Source of the DNA: Antechinus flavipes
Lineage: Eukaryota
Length of the DNA stretch: 64,000 nt
Assembly (NCBI RefSeq): GCF_016432865.1
Contig: NC_067400.1
Location: 610,266,001-610,330,000, forward strand
Direction of reading: 5' to 3'
The notes below the pieces were generated by a model. The model made no database searches. It worked only from the letters and a program-made list of their open reading frames with translations, and had not been told where the DNA came from. Positions within the stretch are counted from its first letter, which is position 1, and each line of letters begins with the position of its first letter. Below are positions 38,280 through 48,223 of the stretch, piece by piece. Position numbers and translations under genes: made by a program.

Positions 38280-38889
38280 CCCCTCCCCCCAAGCAGGCTG
38301 GCGAGGGGCTGAGGCCAGGGTCGGGGCCCCCGAGGTGGCGCAGCAGGTGGCAGAGGGAGGGCAGCAAGCAGACGGTGCACATGAGCACGCTGAAGCTGAG
38401 GGTCCTGAGGGCCCCACGCCCACGCCGGGTCCTGCGGCCGGAGGCCACGCGCCAGGCCAGCAGCGGGCAGCCGCTCAGGATGGCGACAGAAGGCGCAGGA
38501 AGCCCCCCACCAGCGCGTAGGAGCCCGCGTCTGCCACAAAGTTCTCGAAGCAGGAGGTGCGGTTGTCGGGGCCGATGTGACATGGGGCCGCCCAGGGCCA
38601 GGGGACCGGCCGCAGCTCCAGCCAGAGCCCCGCGCTGCCCACGGCCCAGTGGGTCCTGCTGAGCTGGAGGCGCGCCCAGGGCCGGGCCAGGGAGCTGGCA
38701 GAGAAGCGAGCCGGTGCCGAGGTAGAGGAAGGCCCAGTGCAGGCCAGCCCCGAGCGCCTCGGCCGCCACGTTCCCAGCCAGGTCCAGGGCAAAGACCACA
38801 CTGTAGGCCACGGCCAGCTGCTGGTGGCCCCCAGACCCAGGGCCGAGGGGCTTTCCGTGTCATTCGGGGCCGGCAGTGGCAGGGCCACT
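38280..38889 (-). pseudogene. Degenerate class A GPCR (P2Y5/LPAR6-like) remnant
   Basis: Colinear pieces in two frames: N-glycosylation sequon NDT; TM1-like QLAVAYSVVFALDLAGNVAA (38820-38761); ICL2/TM4-like LARPWARLQLSRTHWAVGSAGLWL; ECL2 DNRTSCFENF (38567-38538; human LPAR6 as I recall has ACFENF); TM5-like YALVGGFL/PSVAILSGC; basic ICL3 and TM6-like ALRTLSFSVLMCTVCLLP. At least 3 frameshifts; TM2, DRY and an intact TM7 not found. Confidence 0.75.
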
Positions 38890-39263
38890 CTGGGGTCAGA
38901 GGGAGGAGCGAGTGCTCGGCGCCCGTCAGGCCCCTGATCCCGCCTCCGCTGCCAGCACGCTCCTCCCCACCGAGGGACCCCTCGGGTCTGAGTGGCCCAC
39001 GAGGAGCGGGGAGACCTGCGACGGCCCCCGCCCCCAGACCCCTACTCACAGGAGCCGGGCCGAGCACCCGCCGCCGGCCTCAGAGCCTCAGGAAACTTCA
39101 GCCTCAGAAAAGCGCCCGCGACGCCTCCCTCCGCCCCTCACCCTTGGGGCCGCCAGGACGTGGCTCCCACAGGCCCCCACAGGAGCACTTCAGCCGCCCG
39201 CCACCGGGCCCAGCGCTTGCCCTGTGTTTGCCCCAACCGAGTCCCGGGGCCTCCCTGGTCCCA

Positions 39264-39352
39264 TCAGAGCCCGGGCGCCTCGGGCACGGCTCCTGGCCCG
39301 CAGCCTCCTGGGTCAGACGGGCGATTGTACTGGTCCTTGCCAGGGCCCCAGT
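39264..39352 (-). CDS. PUSL1: PUSL1 exon 8 (stop)
   Basis: Pyrimidine tract plus CAG acceptor; (D)WGPGKDQYNRPSDPGGCGPGAVPEAPGL*; 89 nt. Phase fits exon 7, but this tail is poorly conserved. Confidence 0.8.
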
Positions 39353-39479
39353 CTGTGAAGAGAAGGCGGAGCCAGATGTGAGGCAGAAAAGGGGCTCCCG
39401 CTGCCCCGGGCACCTGGAGCCCCTGCTGACGCCCGCCCCCCGCCCAGGGTCTGCGGTCCAGGAGGCCCCGGGTGCTCAC

Positions 39480-39642
39480 CGAGGCCATCGTAGTGCACCG
39501 ACTTCAGGAACAGGCCCCGGGCGGGGGCCACCAGCAAGGGAGGGCCGCTCTGGGGGTCCCCGCTCTCCAGCTTCTCCTTCACCTGGGCCGGGGTCAGGGC
39601 CCCCAGCCCCACGGCCACCAGGCAGGCCGTCATCCTCCGCAC
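39480..39642 (-). CDS. PUSL1: PUSL1 exon 7
   Basis: VRRMTACLVAVGLGALTPAQVKEKLESGDP...APARGLFLKSVHYDGL; 163 nt; TruA C-terminal motif. Confidence 0.95.
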
Positions 39643-39863
39643 CTGTGGCGGGCACGGGGCATCAACGCCAGGACCCCTCCTCCCCCCGCAGCCTCCCGGC
39701 CCCGGGGCCGCACCCCAATAAGCGCGCCCAGGCTTGGCGGGAGGCCATGTGGCCCCTGCACAGCCGCCCCCTCAGCACCAGGGGGGTCACCGAGAGCCTT
39801 GGGGCCCTTTCTGGGGTCCCCGGCACAAAAAGGGGAGGAGACCCCTGCCCCCCCTCCCCGTAC

Positions 39864-39918
39864 CTGCTTGTAGAGGAAGGATTTGCTCTCAAACTCTATG
39901 TCCCAGAACTGCAGCTTC
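39864..39918 (-). CDS. PUSL1: PUSL1 exon 6
   Basis: (R)KLQFWDIEFESKSFLYKQ; 55 nt. Confidence 0.95.
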
Positions 39919-40649
39919 CTGCAAATGCAAACAGGCCGAGATGGGGTCCCGGCCCCCCAGTCCGCTCGCTGTCACCTAAAGGCAGCTTTGGCCCTCGGAC
40001 CAAGGGCAACGGGCACTGCCCAGGTCAGGCGGAGACCGGACCAAGCCCCTCCCCCCAATCCTGCCTGTGCTTCCGGGTCAATGTCTCCCCCCCTCTCCCT
40101 GTACCCCCCCCCCCCCCCCCCGGCCACTCCTGGATAAAGCAGAGCCAGGACACGGGGACTTTCCTGGGGAATGGGCGGCCCTGGAAGGGAGGGGGCCGGG
40201 GGACGAGGGGGACCCAGGACGCCGGCTGCCCACGCACACTGGCACCGGGCCCTCGCCTTGTGCAAAGGCTTCCTGGGCATCGTCGGCAAAAGGGGGCGGG
40301 GAGCTGGCAGAGATTACGGGCACCCGGATTTAGGTTGGGGAAGGGCCTTGAAGGCCAGAGCACGCGGGGAGGCAGCTGGGTAGCCCAGGCCTGGAGGCAG
40401 GAAGCCGTGACCTCAAACCTCACCTCAGGCACTTAGGCCGTGGGACTGGGCAATCTCCACCTCAGTTTCCTCATCTGCAAAATGGGCACCATGTGCTGGG
40501 ATTACCAGCTGTGAGTGACTTGGCTATTCTCAGCAGTGCAGTCCCCCCCCGCGCCCCTCCCCCCCTCCCGACTGCTCGGAAGGAGTGAAAAATCCCATGG
40601 TACCCAGGGAAGGGGCTGGCCCTGTCCGAGGACAGACCGAGGAGTCCTC

Positions 40650-41530
40650 TGTCTATTTCCCCCCTCTCTCTGTCTCTTTCTCCCCCTCTCTGTCTCTCTC
40701 TCCCCCCTCTCTCTGTCTCTTTCTCCCCCCTCTGTCTCTCCCCCCTCTCTCTGTCTATCTCTCCCCCCTCTCTCTCCCCCCTCTCNNNNNNNNNNNNNNN
40801 NNNNNNNNNNNNNNNNNNNNNNNNNNNNNNNNNNNNNNNNNNNNNNNNNNNNNNNNNNNNNNNNNNNNNNNNNNNNNNNNNNNNNNNNNNNNNNNNNNNN
40901 NNNNNNNNNNNNNNNNNNNNNNNNNNNNNNNNNNNNNNNNNNNNNNNNNNNNNNNCTCTGTCTCTTTCTCCCCCCTCTGTCTCTCTCTCCCCCCCCTCTC
41001 TCTATCTCCCCCCTCTCTCTGTCTCTATCTCCCCCCTCTCTCTATCTCCCCCCTCTCTCTGTCTATCTCCCCCCTCTGTCTTTCTCTCCCCCCTCTCTCT
41101 GTCTCTCTCTCCCCCCCCTCTCTGTCTCTTTCTCCCCCCTCTCTCTGTCTCTCCCCCCTCTCTCTATCTCCCCCCTCTCTCTGTCTTTTTCTCCCCCCTC
41201 TGTCTCTCTCTCCCCCCTCTCTCTATCTCCCCCCTCTCTCTGTCTCTTTCTCCCCCCTCTGTCTCTCTCTCCCCCCTCTCTCTCTCTCCCCCCTCTCTCT
41301 GTCTCTCTCTCCCCCCTCTCTCTGTCTATCTCCCCCCTCTCTCTGTCTTTTTCTCCCCCCTCTGTCTCTCTCTCCCCCCTCTCTCTATCTCCCCCCTCTC
41401 TCTGTCTCTTTCTCCCCCCTCTCTCTATCTCCCCCCTCTCTCTGTCTTTTTCTCCCCCCTCTGTCTCTCTCTCCCCCCTCTCTCTGTCTATCTCCCCCCT
41501 CTCTCTATCTCTTTCTCCCGCCTCTGTTTC
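40650..41530. repeat. Pyrimidine-rich minisatellite (CCCCCTCTCTCTGTCTCTTTCT-like units) containing an assembly gap
   Basis: Read directly; N gap at 40786-40955; lies in PUSL1 intron 5. Confidence 0.95.
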
Positions 41531-43856
41531 TCTGTCTCAGAGACGTTTCTGGAGGTTTTACTTTGATTAAGGTGGAGACCTTGGTTTTCCTGGCCCGGCT
41601 TCCCACGTGGGTTCTTATTTGTGGGCGGGGAGAAGGGAGAGAAGCTAGGACTCAAAAATTTAAAAACAGAAAATTCTGCTCTGAATGTAACTAGGGGAAG
41701 AGATTAAATAAGAATGTTTTACAACGGGGATTGTAATAATCCCTCCCAGGGCGGCCGCGAGGCTCAGATGAGACAGTCCTGGGATGAGCGCAGGGCCGGG
41801 CGCGCAGAGGTGCCCGACAGCAGTTGCTGCCATATCCAGAGGGGGAAACAGCTCGGCAACAAGAGCGGGCGGGAGCTGCCAGTGGTGACTCCACACCTGC
41901 TCCCCACAATCTGCCCCCGTTTGCAGAGGAAGGTGACCCCCCCGTCCCCCACACGGCTAAGGCTGGAGCCAGGCCCTGCCCACTGGCAGGTTCTGGGCTC
42001 GGGCACAGCGGGGGCCTGGCCTGCAGAAGCTGGGAGAGCAAGGCCCTGGGGAGGGGCACCCGGACCCGAGACCCCGCGGGGACCCGAGAGCAGGAAGCCA
42101 TTTTACCGATGCCCAGAGAGGGGGCGGGCACTCGTTCTGGGCCAGAACCCGCCCCCCCCAGAACAGGACGGCACCATCAGGAAAACCCCAAAGTGTGAGC
42201 AGGGAGCTGGCACACTGCCCGGTATTCCAGAGGTGCTTAATACAAGCTTGATCAGCAGGGGCTTGGGGGAGGCTCAGCTTCTAACTGAAGAGTCCCCAAG
42301 AGCCAGGTTGGGCAGGGGCAGGCAGTGCCAGCACTGGCCTGACCACCTGCCCCGGCTGTCCTCCCCCTTCTCCTCCCTCCCAGCACCCGCTGGTGCCGCG
42401 TCGGAGCCGGAGGAAGATGGATGAGGGCCCAGGGCCCGGCACCCCCCAGCGGGCACCTGCCCTCGGGCCGCAGTACAGAGCATCTCTTTTCTGGCTCCCC
42501 CCGCCCTCCCGCCCCCGCCACATCTGGCACAGACCCGGCTCCCCTCTTCCTCCTCAGAGAAAGGCTCTTTCTGCAGCTGCCGGTCTGCACCTGCCCCAGG
42601 GCAGGGGCAGCAGATGGCCAGAGGAGACCCCAGAACGCGGGCGGATCTCAGCTCTTTAACCCCTAACTCCCCCGGTTTACAGGAAAGGAAACTGAGGCTC
42701 AGGGAGAGGAGAGGGCTTGGCAAAGGCCCTCAGAGCTGGTGCCCTCTCCCGGGCAGGGGCCGAGGCTCGGGATGGCCAGAAGGGGCTCAGGGGGCCACCT
42801 GGCGCCTCGCAGACCCGGGGGGGAGTGGGTCCTCCCCCCTGAGGCTCCTCTGAGAAGCCATCTCCATGGCCTCGGGGCGCCCCATCTGCTTTCTGATGTC
42901 CCCTCCCTCCCTGGGGGTGGGACCCCGACGCCCGGGCAGAGAGAAAGGCGGGCATTATTTGCCCACAGGCTCTGGCACCAGCCCCAGCGTGGGGGGGGGA
43001 GACAGGTGATGGGGCTGCATCCCCAATGAGTGGCTCCCATTTGCAATTCAGCCGGAGGATGGGGCCTCAGAGAGGCTTTCATGGTTGCTAGGCAACCTGG
43101 GAGCCCCAGCCCCCCACCCCCCCAAATCCCTTCTGTGAATAGACAAGCAGCCGATTGAGAAAGGGGCGGGGGGGAGAAGAGAGGGGGGCAGGCCAGAGGA
43201 ACAACCCAACGGTCTCTGCGGCCTGGGCTCTCCTGCCGGCCCGCCGGGGTCAGCGAGGGTTCCACCCCCCGCGCAGGAGCCAGGAGCCGGACTCTGGACC
43301 CTCGGACCTATTCTCAGGGTCACCACATCCATCCCTCTGCCCCCGGATGAGCCCCCGCCCCCGGCCATCAGCTCGGGAGCTAAATTTAGCTTGGCTTCCA
43401 CCCCCAAGTCATAGAGCATGAAATGGAATTTGCTGGAGCTGGGTACCCGGGGTGGGAGGTGGGGGGGAGGCACTGCTGGGAACCAGGGCTTCAACTCCCC
43501 CCCCCCCCCCTCGCCCCTTCACAACAGGAGGCCCAGATCGGGCACCGAGGCCTGGGATCAGTGTCCCGACCAGGGACGGGGCCCTGCCCCCCTTTCCCCG
43601 CAGAGGGGTCTCAGATCAGGCCCCTCTGCCCCCTGCTGCTCCCAGTCACAAGCTTGTCCACCAACGGCTCTGGCCCTGGGGGGAGCACGAAGGAGTGAGA
43701 GGAGTGGGGTCGCTGGCAGTACCTTCCCCCACAGCGAGCACCGGAGAGCAGGACAGGGCTTCAGAGAAAGCTGGCGCCCACCGTGGCCTCCCCGAGGCTC
43801 CTGCTCAGGATGCTGCTGCCTCGGGCCGCCCCCACCCCCAGCTCTGCTGCCCCCCT

Positions 43857-43973
43857 GGGCAGCCCGGTCCCCGAGCCACCCCTGGCCGGCCCGGTCCCCG
43901 AGCCACCCCCGGCCGGCCCGGTCCCAGAGCCACCCCCGGCCGGCCCGGTCCCAGAGCCGCCCTTGGCCAGCCC
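43857..43973. repeat. 27 bp GC-rich VNTR, about 4.3 copies
   Basis: Unit GGCCGGCCCGGTCCC(C/A)GAGCCACCCCC. Confidence 0.92.
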
Positions 43974-44315
43974 CAGGACATAAGGCCTCAGAAGGCCCAG
44001 AGCCAGGCCCAGCTCTGTCCCTCTGCCTGGAACAAAGAGCTGAGGGTCGGGGGCCTGGAGAAGGCGCCAAGCGTTCCTTCCCATCCGGCCTGGAGGGGCA
44101 GGGGCAGCTCTCACACTCCCAGGCCTCCCAGGGCAGGGACCCCATCGGGTCCGGAAGGCGGCGACCTCTCCAGGGAGGTCCGAGAGCCCTCCCCAGCCCA
44201 GGGAACCCGATGTCTGGGAGACGACCCGATGGCTGGATTAAGACCCAGCCCAGTCCCTGTTCCTGGATCCGGCCTCCCAGGGTCAGAGGGTGACCTGGCC
44301 CAGACCCCTCCTCAC

Positions 44316-44489
44316 CTCTTCTCCTGGGGATGGGTAAAAGGGCTGGCGGCCGCAGGAGCCACCGAGGCCCGGAGCAGGGTCCTGACAGGGTTCTTCCAGT
44401 CATTGTCACTCACTGACCTAAAGGCCCGGAAGTCGTGGGTGCCTTGGAGATGGCGGGCGGCCTCCTGCATGGCCGCCACATCCAGGTGA
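44316..44489 (-). CDS. PUSL1: PUSL1 exon 5
   Basis: (D)HLDVAAMQEAARHLQGTHDFRAFRSVSDNDWKNPVRTLLRASVAPAAASPFTHPQEK; 174 nt. Confidence 0.95.
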
Positions 44490-44639
44490 CTGCGGGCAGA
44501 GGAGGGTGAGGGGTCATGAGGGCATCCTCCCTAGTCCCGGCCCCACCCCGCCCCACCCCCAGTCCAGGGACTGGCCTTCTCAGGAGAACGTCCTCCCCCA
44601 GCCCCTTCCCCTGGGTGCGCTAAGGGTGGGGGCACTTAC

Positions 44640-44786
44640 TCAGTCCTCACTGCCCAGCACAGGTTCCGGTCAAACACGGAGAGGGCGTCCAAGGAGGGGC
44701 TGGTTACCACCCGGTACAGGTAGGTCCTTGATGAGGCTTCAAAGCGAGCATGGAAGTCATCGGGGGCCCGAAAGGCTCGGATCACT
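44640..44786 (-). CDS. PUSL1: PUSL1 exon 4
   Basis: (R)VIRAFRAPDDFHARFEASSRTYLYRVV...VFDRNLCWAVRT; 147 nt. Confidence 0.95.
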
Positions 44787-47123
44787 CTGGGAGGGAAGGA
44801 CCGGCATCAGACTTCAGGAAGAACTCCCACAGTCCAAGGCTAGTAAAAAGAAATGGCGCGAGCATACGGGGGTCCCGTGCCCATCCCCACCTCCCCAAGT
44901 TAGGACGGAGGCAGGGGAGGAACAAAAGGCTTGGACTCGCGAGATCACCCGGGTGACGGATTCAGGGACTGGAGAGTAGGGACACCTGGGTCCCACAGAT
45001 TATGAGCTGTGCTCCTTTATTCTTCAGAACCAAATATAAAAGACCCCAAGTTTGGGGTATTCTACACCAATCAATGGATCGCCAAGAATCGATGAAGTGA
45101 CTGCTATGTGTCAGGCACAGTGCTGGACAATGGGGAAACAAAGGTAAAGAACGAAGGATCCCCGCCCTCAAGGACATACAGGACAAAAACCCAGAATCAA
45201 TGCAAGGAAATTCAGAATGGGCCCTAGGAGTTGAGGGTCAGGAACCAAACCAGGGATGCTAAGGGACAGCGAGAGCTAGAGAGCAAGTGCCTTAGAGGGG
45301 CCTGGGAAGGGAGACGGGGAGCCCTGTGGGAGGATGGAAAGGGAGACTGGTGTGGTGGCCAGAAAACCAGTCTCGGTCGGAAAATCCTGGGTTTAAGTCT
45401 CACTTCTGGCACTTCCTACCTATTTGACTCTGGTCAAGTCAACTAATCTCTTAGACCAATTCTAGACCAACCAAATGGTGTCAAAGTCCAATAGAAATAA
45501 GGCATGTAATCAGTACAAGAGGAGCCTGTTGGTCCATGAACTGATTTAGTTTATTAAAAATGTGTTATTACCTTTGTTTTAATGGATTTTTGTTTGTTAA
45601 ATGCTTCCAAATTAAACATGTTTTGGGCTGCCCTTGTGGGCCCCAGCTAGTCTCTGGGTTGGACATTTTCTGTTGTTCTAGGACTCTAGGTCACCGAGAA
45701 GGTGCTGACCTGCACTGGTGGATGGAGCGTCCTCCCCTGGAAGTTCCCTCCCTGGATGGTATCACAGACTGAGTCACTCAGGAAAAGGGAGGCTGGAACC
45801 AGGTTCGATTTTAATTTATTTTACAAAATACTTCCCAATGACACTTCAACAAGATCTGGGTTCTCCTTGTGAGCCTTTGGGCTGGACGCTGTCTGTTCTA
45901 GATCACAGAGAAGGGGCTGATTTTTGCTGGCGGAGGAAGTATCCTCCCCTGGACGTTCCCTACATGAAGGTGTCACAGATGGAGTCACCGTCTAGAGCCA
46001 GGCCTTTAACAGGAGTTTCTGCCCGATTTTGGAGAGGAGGGGGAGCCCCTCATAATTTACCGAGTAAGGGAGTGACGCAGTTCGCTCGGTTCATGCTTTA
46101 GGGAGATCCCCCTGGCAACTGCGTCGAGGGAAGATTCTTGATTGATCAGAGGCTGATGGGAGTGAGGAGAAACTGAGGGCAGGGAACCTCCCAGTCACTC
46201 CTGCGGTGGTCCAGGGGAGGCAGGGGCAGAGGAGGTCTGAGAGATGTCACAGAGGTAAAACACCTGACAACAGACTGGAGGGGGGAGGACTGAGGAAGAA
46301 CGGGAGTCAGCAATGACCCCGATTCGGAAGCTGGAGGGATGGCAGCGCCCTCAGTCACAGGGAAGTTTGGGAGGGTAACGGGCTTCAGGATAAGGACACG
46401 TTCAGTGCTGGAGGTGAGATGCCTACAGGACTGCCAGCTGAAGAGGACGGGAGCTCAGAACAAAGGCTGACGGAGGCTGGCTTTGTAGCTCTGGGACGCG
46501 GCACAGAGGTGAAAGCTGATGAGGTCAAAGTAAAGAGAGAAGGGAAGAGGCCCATCCATGACCCTAGGGATCAGCTGGGGCCCAGGATCTCCTGCCTCTG
46601 GTCCCCGATGCCACAGACTTGGCAAGGGCAAGTCCTGGGCTAGGAAGAGACTACTTCCTGCCCGCCCCAAAGCCTTAGAGAGGTTCTAGACAGACTGCAA
46701 CTGTGACCCAACCAGAGGCCATCCAGTCCATCCGCCTCTCGGCACATCCTTGCCTCCCCAGGTGGGCCACCTCAATCTCCTGCTCTGGCAAGTCTGGGAA
46801 GGGGCTGTCCGCTTAGCCTGGTGCTGAACCTTGCTTATGCGAGAAGTCCTTTCTAACTCAGAGCCACAAGAGACTCAGGTACACAGGGATATCCCTACTC
46901 CTCGGGGCTGCTGTCCAAGATGGCCAGCTCCCCAGGGCTTGGCTAAACCGGAGGAGTTGATCATGGAGACAACTCTCGGCTCCCTCCACAACTGGGAACA
47001 GGCCTGTGATTGAAGAACATATGTCAACCAATTGAGGAAGGTCTGCCTTCGTCTGTGGGGAGGGGTGATGGAGGGAGACGGGCTGGGTCTGAAGGGTCTG
47101 GGACGGGGGGTGGGATACTGTAC

Positions 47124-47311
47124 CTGATGTCAGGGTGCTCCAGGTGGCTATTGAGGGCAAACGTGAGGATATCGGGTGAGAAAGGGGGTCGGCCACTCAG
47201 GCGCTGAATGTCCAGATGGGCAGAGTTCCCCAGAGCGTGGACGCCAGTGTCCGTTCGGCTGGAGATGGTGAACTTGACGGGCGTGAGGGACTTCAGCCGC
47301 TCGGCAGCTTT
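47124..47311 (-). CDS. PUSL1: PUSL1 exon 3 (catalytic Asp)
   Basis: KAAERLKSLTPVKFTISSRTDTGVHALGNSAHLDIQR...HPDI; TruA RTDxGVHA motif; 188 nt. Confidence 0.97.
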
Positions 47312-48165
47312 CTGAGGGGGATTGGATGCGGATGAGACGGACGCCTCACAGACCCCCTTCCCTTTGCCCTCAGCTGGAGGCACTCGCTGAAAAGAAATGG
47401 CCCGAGCACACACGGGTCCCGTGCCCATACCCACCTCCCCAAGCCAGGATAGAGGCAGGAGAGGAACAAAAGGACTTGGACTCGCGAGATCACCCTGGTG
47501 ACGGATTCAGCGCCCCGAGGAGGCGGCACAGACAGAGCCTTCGGATATGGAATCCCCAGAAGTTCTGGGTTGTAATCCTGGCTCTGCCTTAAACAAGCCA
47601 GTTCTGTGACTTCGGATGAGACCCTTCCCCAATCTGGTGAAATGAATAGGCCCATGATCACTAAGGTCCCTTCCAGCTCTGTTCTGAGTTCCATGATCCA
47701 ATGGATTTGCAGGCTAGAAAATCCCCCTGAGGGGGGATCCATCTTCCTGAGGATTCACAGTGCCCGCCCTAAATTTAGATGCCGTGGTACAATCTGTGGG
47801 CCCATTTCCCTTCCCCCATCCTCCACCATTCAGTGACCTGCTTCCAGATAGCATGAGGTCATTCTGTCCATTCCCCTGCGTCCAGGTGGAACAACTGCAT
47901 CCCTACCCCCCACATAAACAGACTTTAACCAAGGGCAGGGGTGGGAAGCTGACAGTAAGGATGGCATTTCCACTTCCATTCTGGCCAAACCCCACTACTG
48001 GCTGCTTCCTCTCCAGCCTCCTTCCCCTTTGTACAGAATGCTGCCGGTACCTGGAACGCCCCACCTGAGAGAGCCCCCGCGGCTGCACTCACACACTGCC
48101 CCCAAGGAGATCCCTCTCTGGGTCCCTTCCCCTCAGGTGCTAGCACCTGGATCCCAGACACTCAC

Positions 48166-48223
48166 CTCGAGGAGATTCTGGACTCCGACCCCTTGTTTTG
48201 GCCGTTTTATAGCCATGACCCCA
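48166..48223 (-). CDS. PUSL1: PUSL1 exon 2
   Basis: (S)GVMAIKRPKQGVGVQNLLE; 58 nt, CAG/GTGAGT. Confidence 0.93.

Noticed and set aside
38577-40436. 619 aa plus-strand ORF and many other long Pro/Gly/Arg-rich ORFs at 34-44 kb and 53-61 kb
   Set aside because: Stop-poor GC-rich DNA, often antisense to real exons; no domain-like sequence.
40515-41694. 351 and 369 aa Ser/Leu/Pro ORFs
   Set aside because: Translation of the minisatellite and the N gap.
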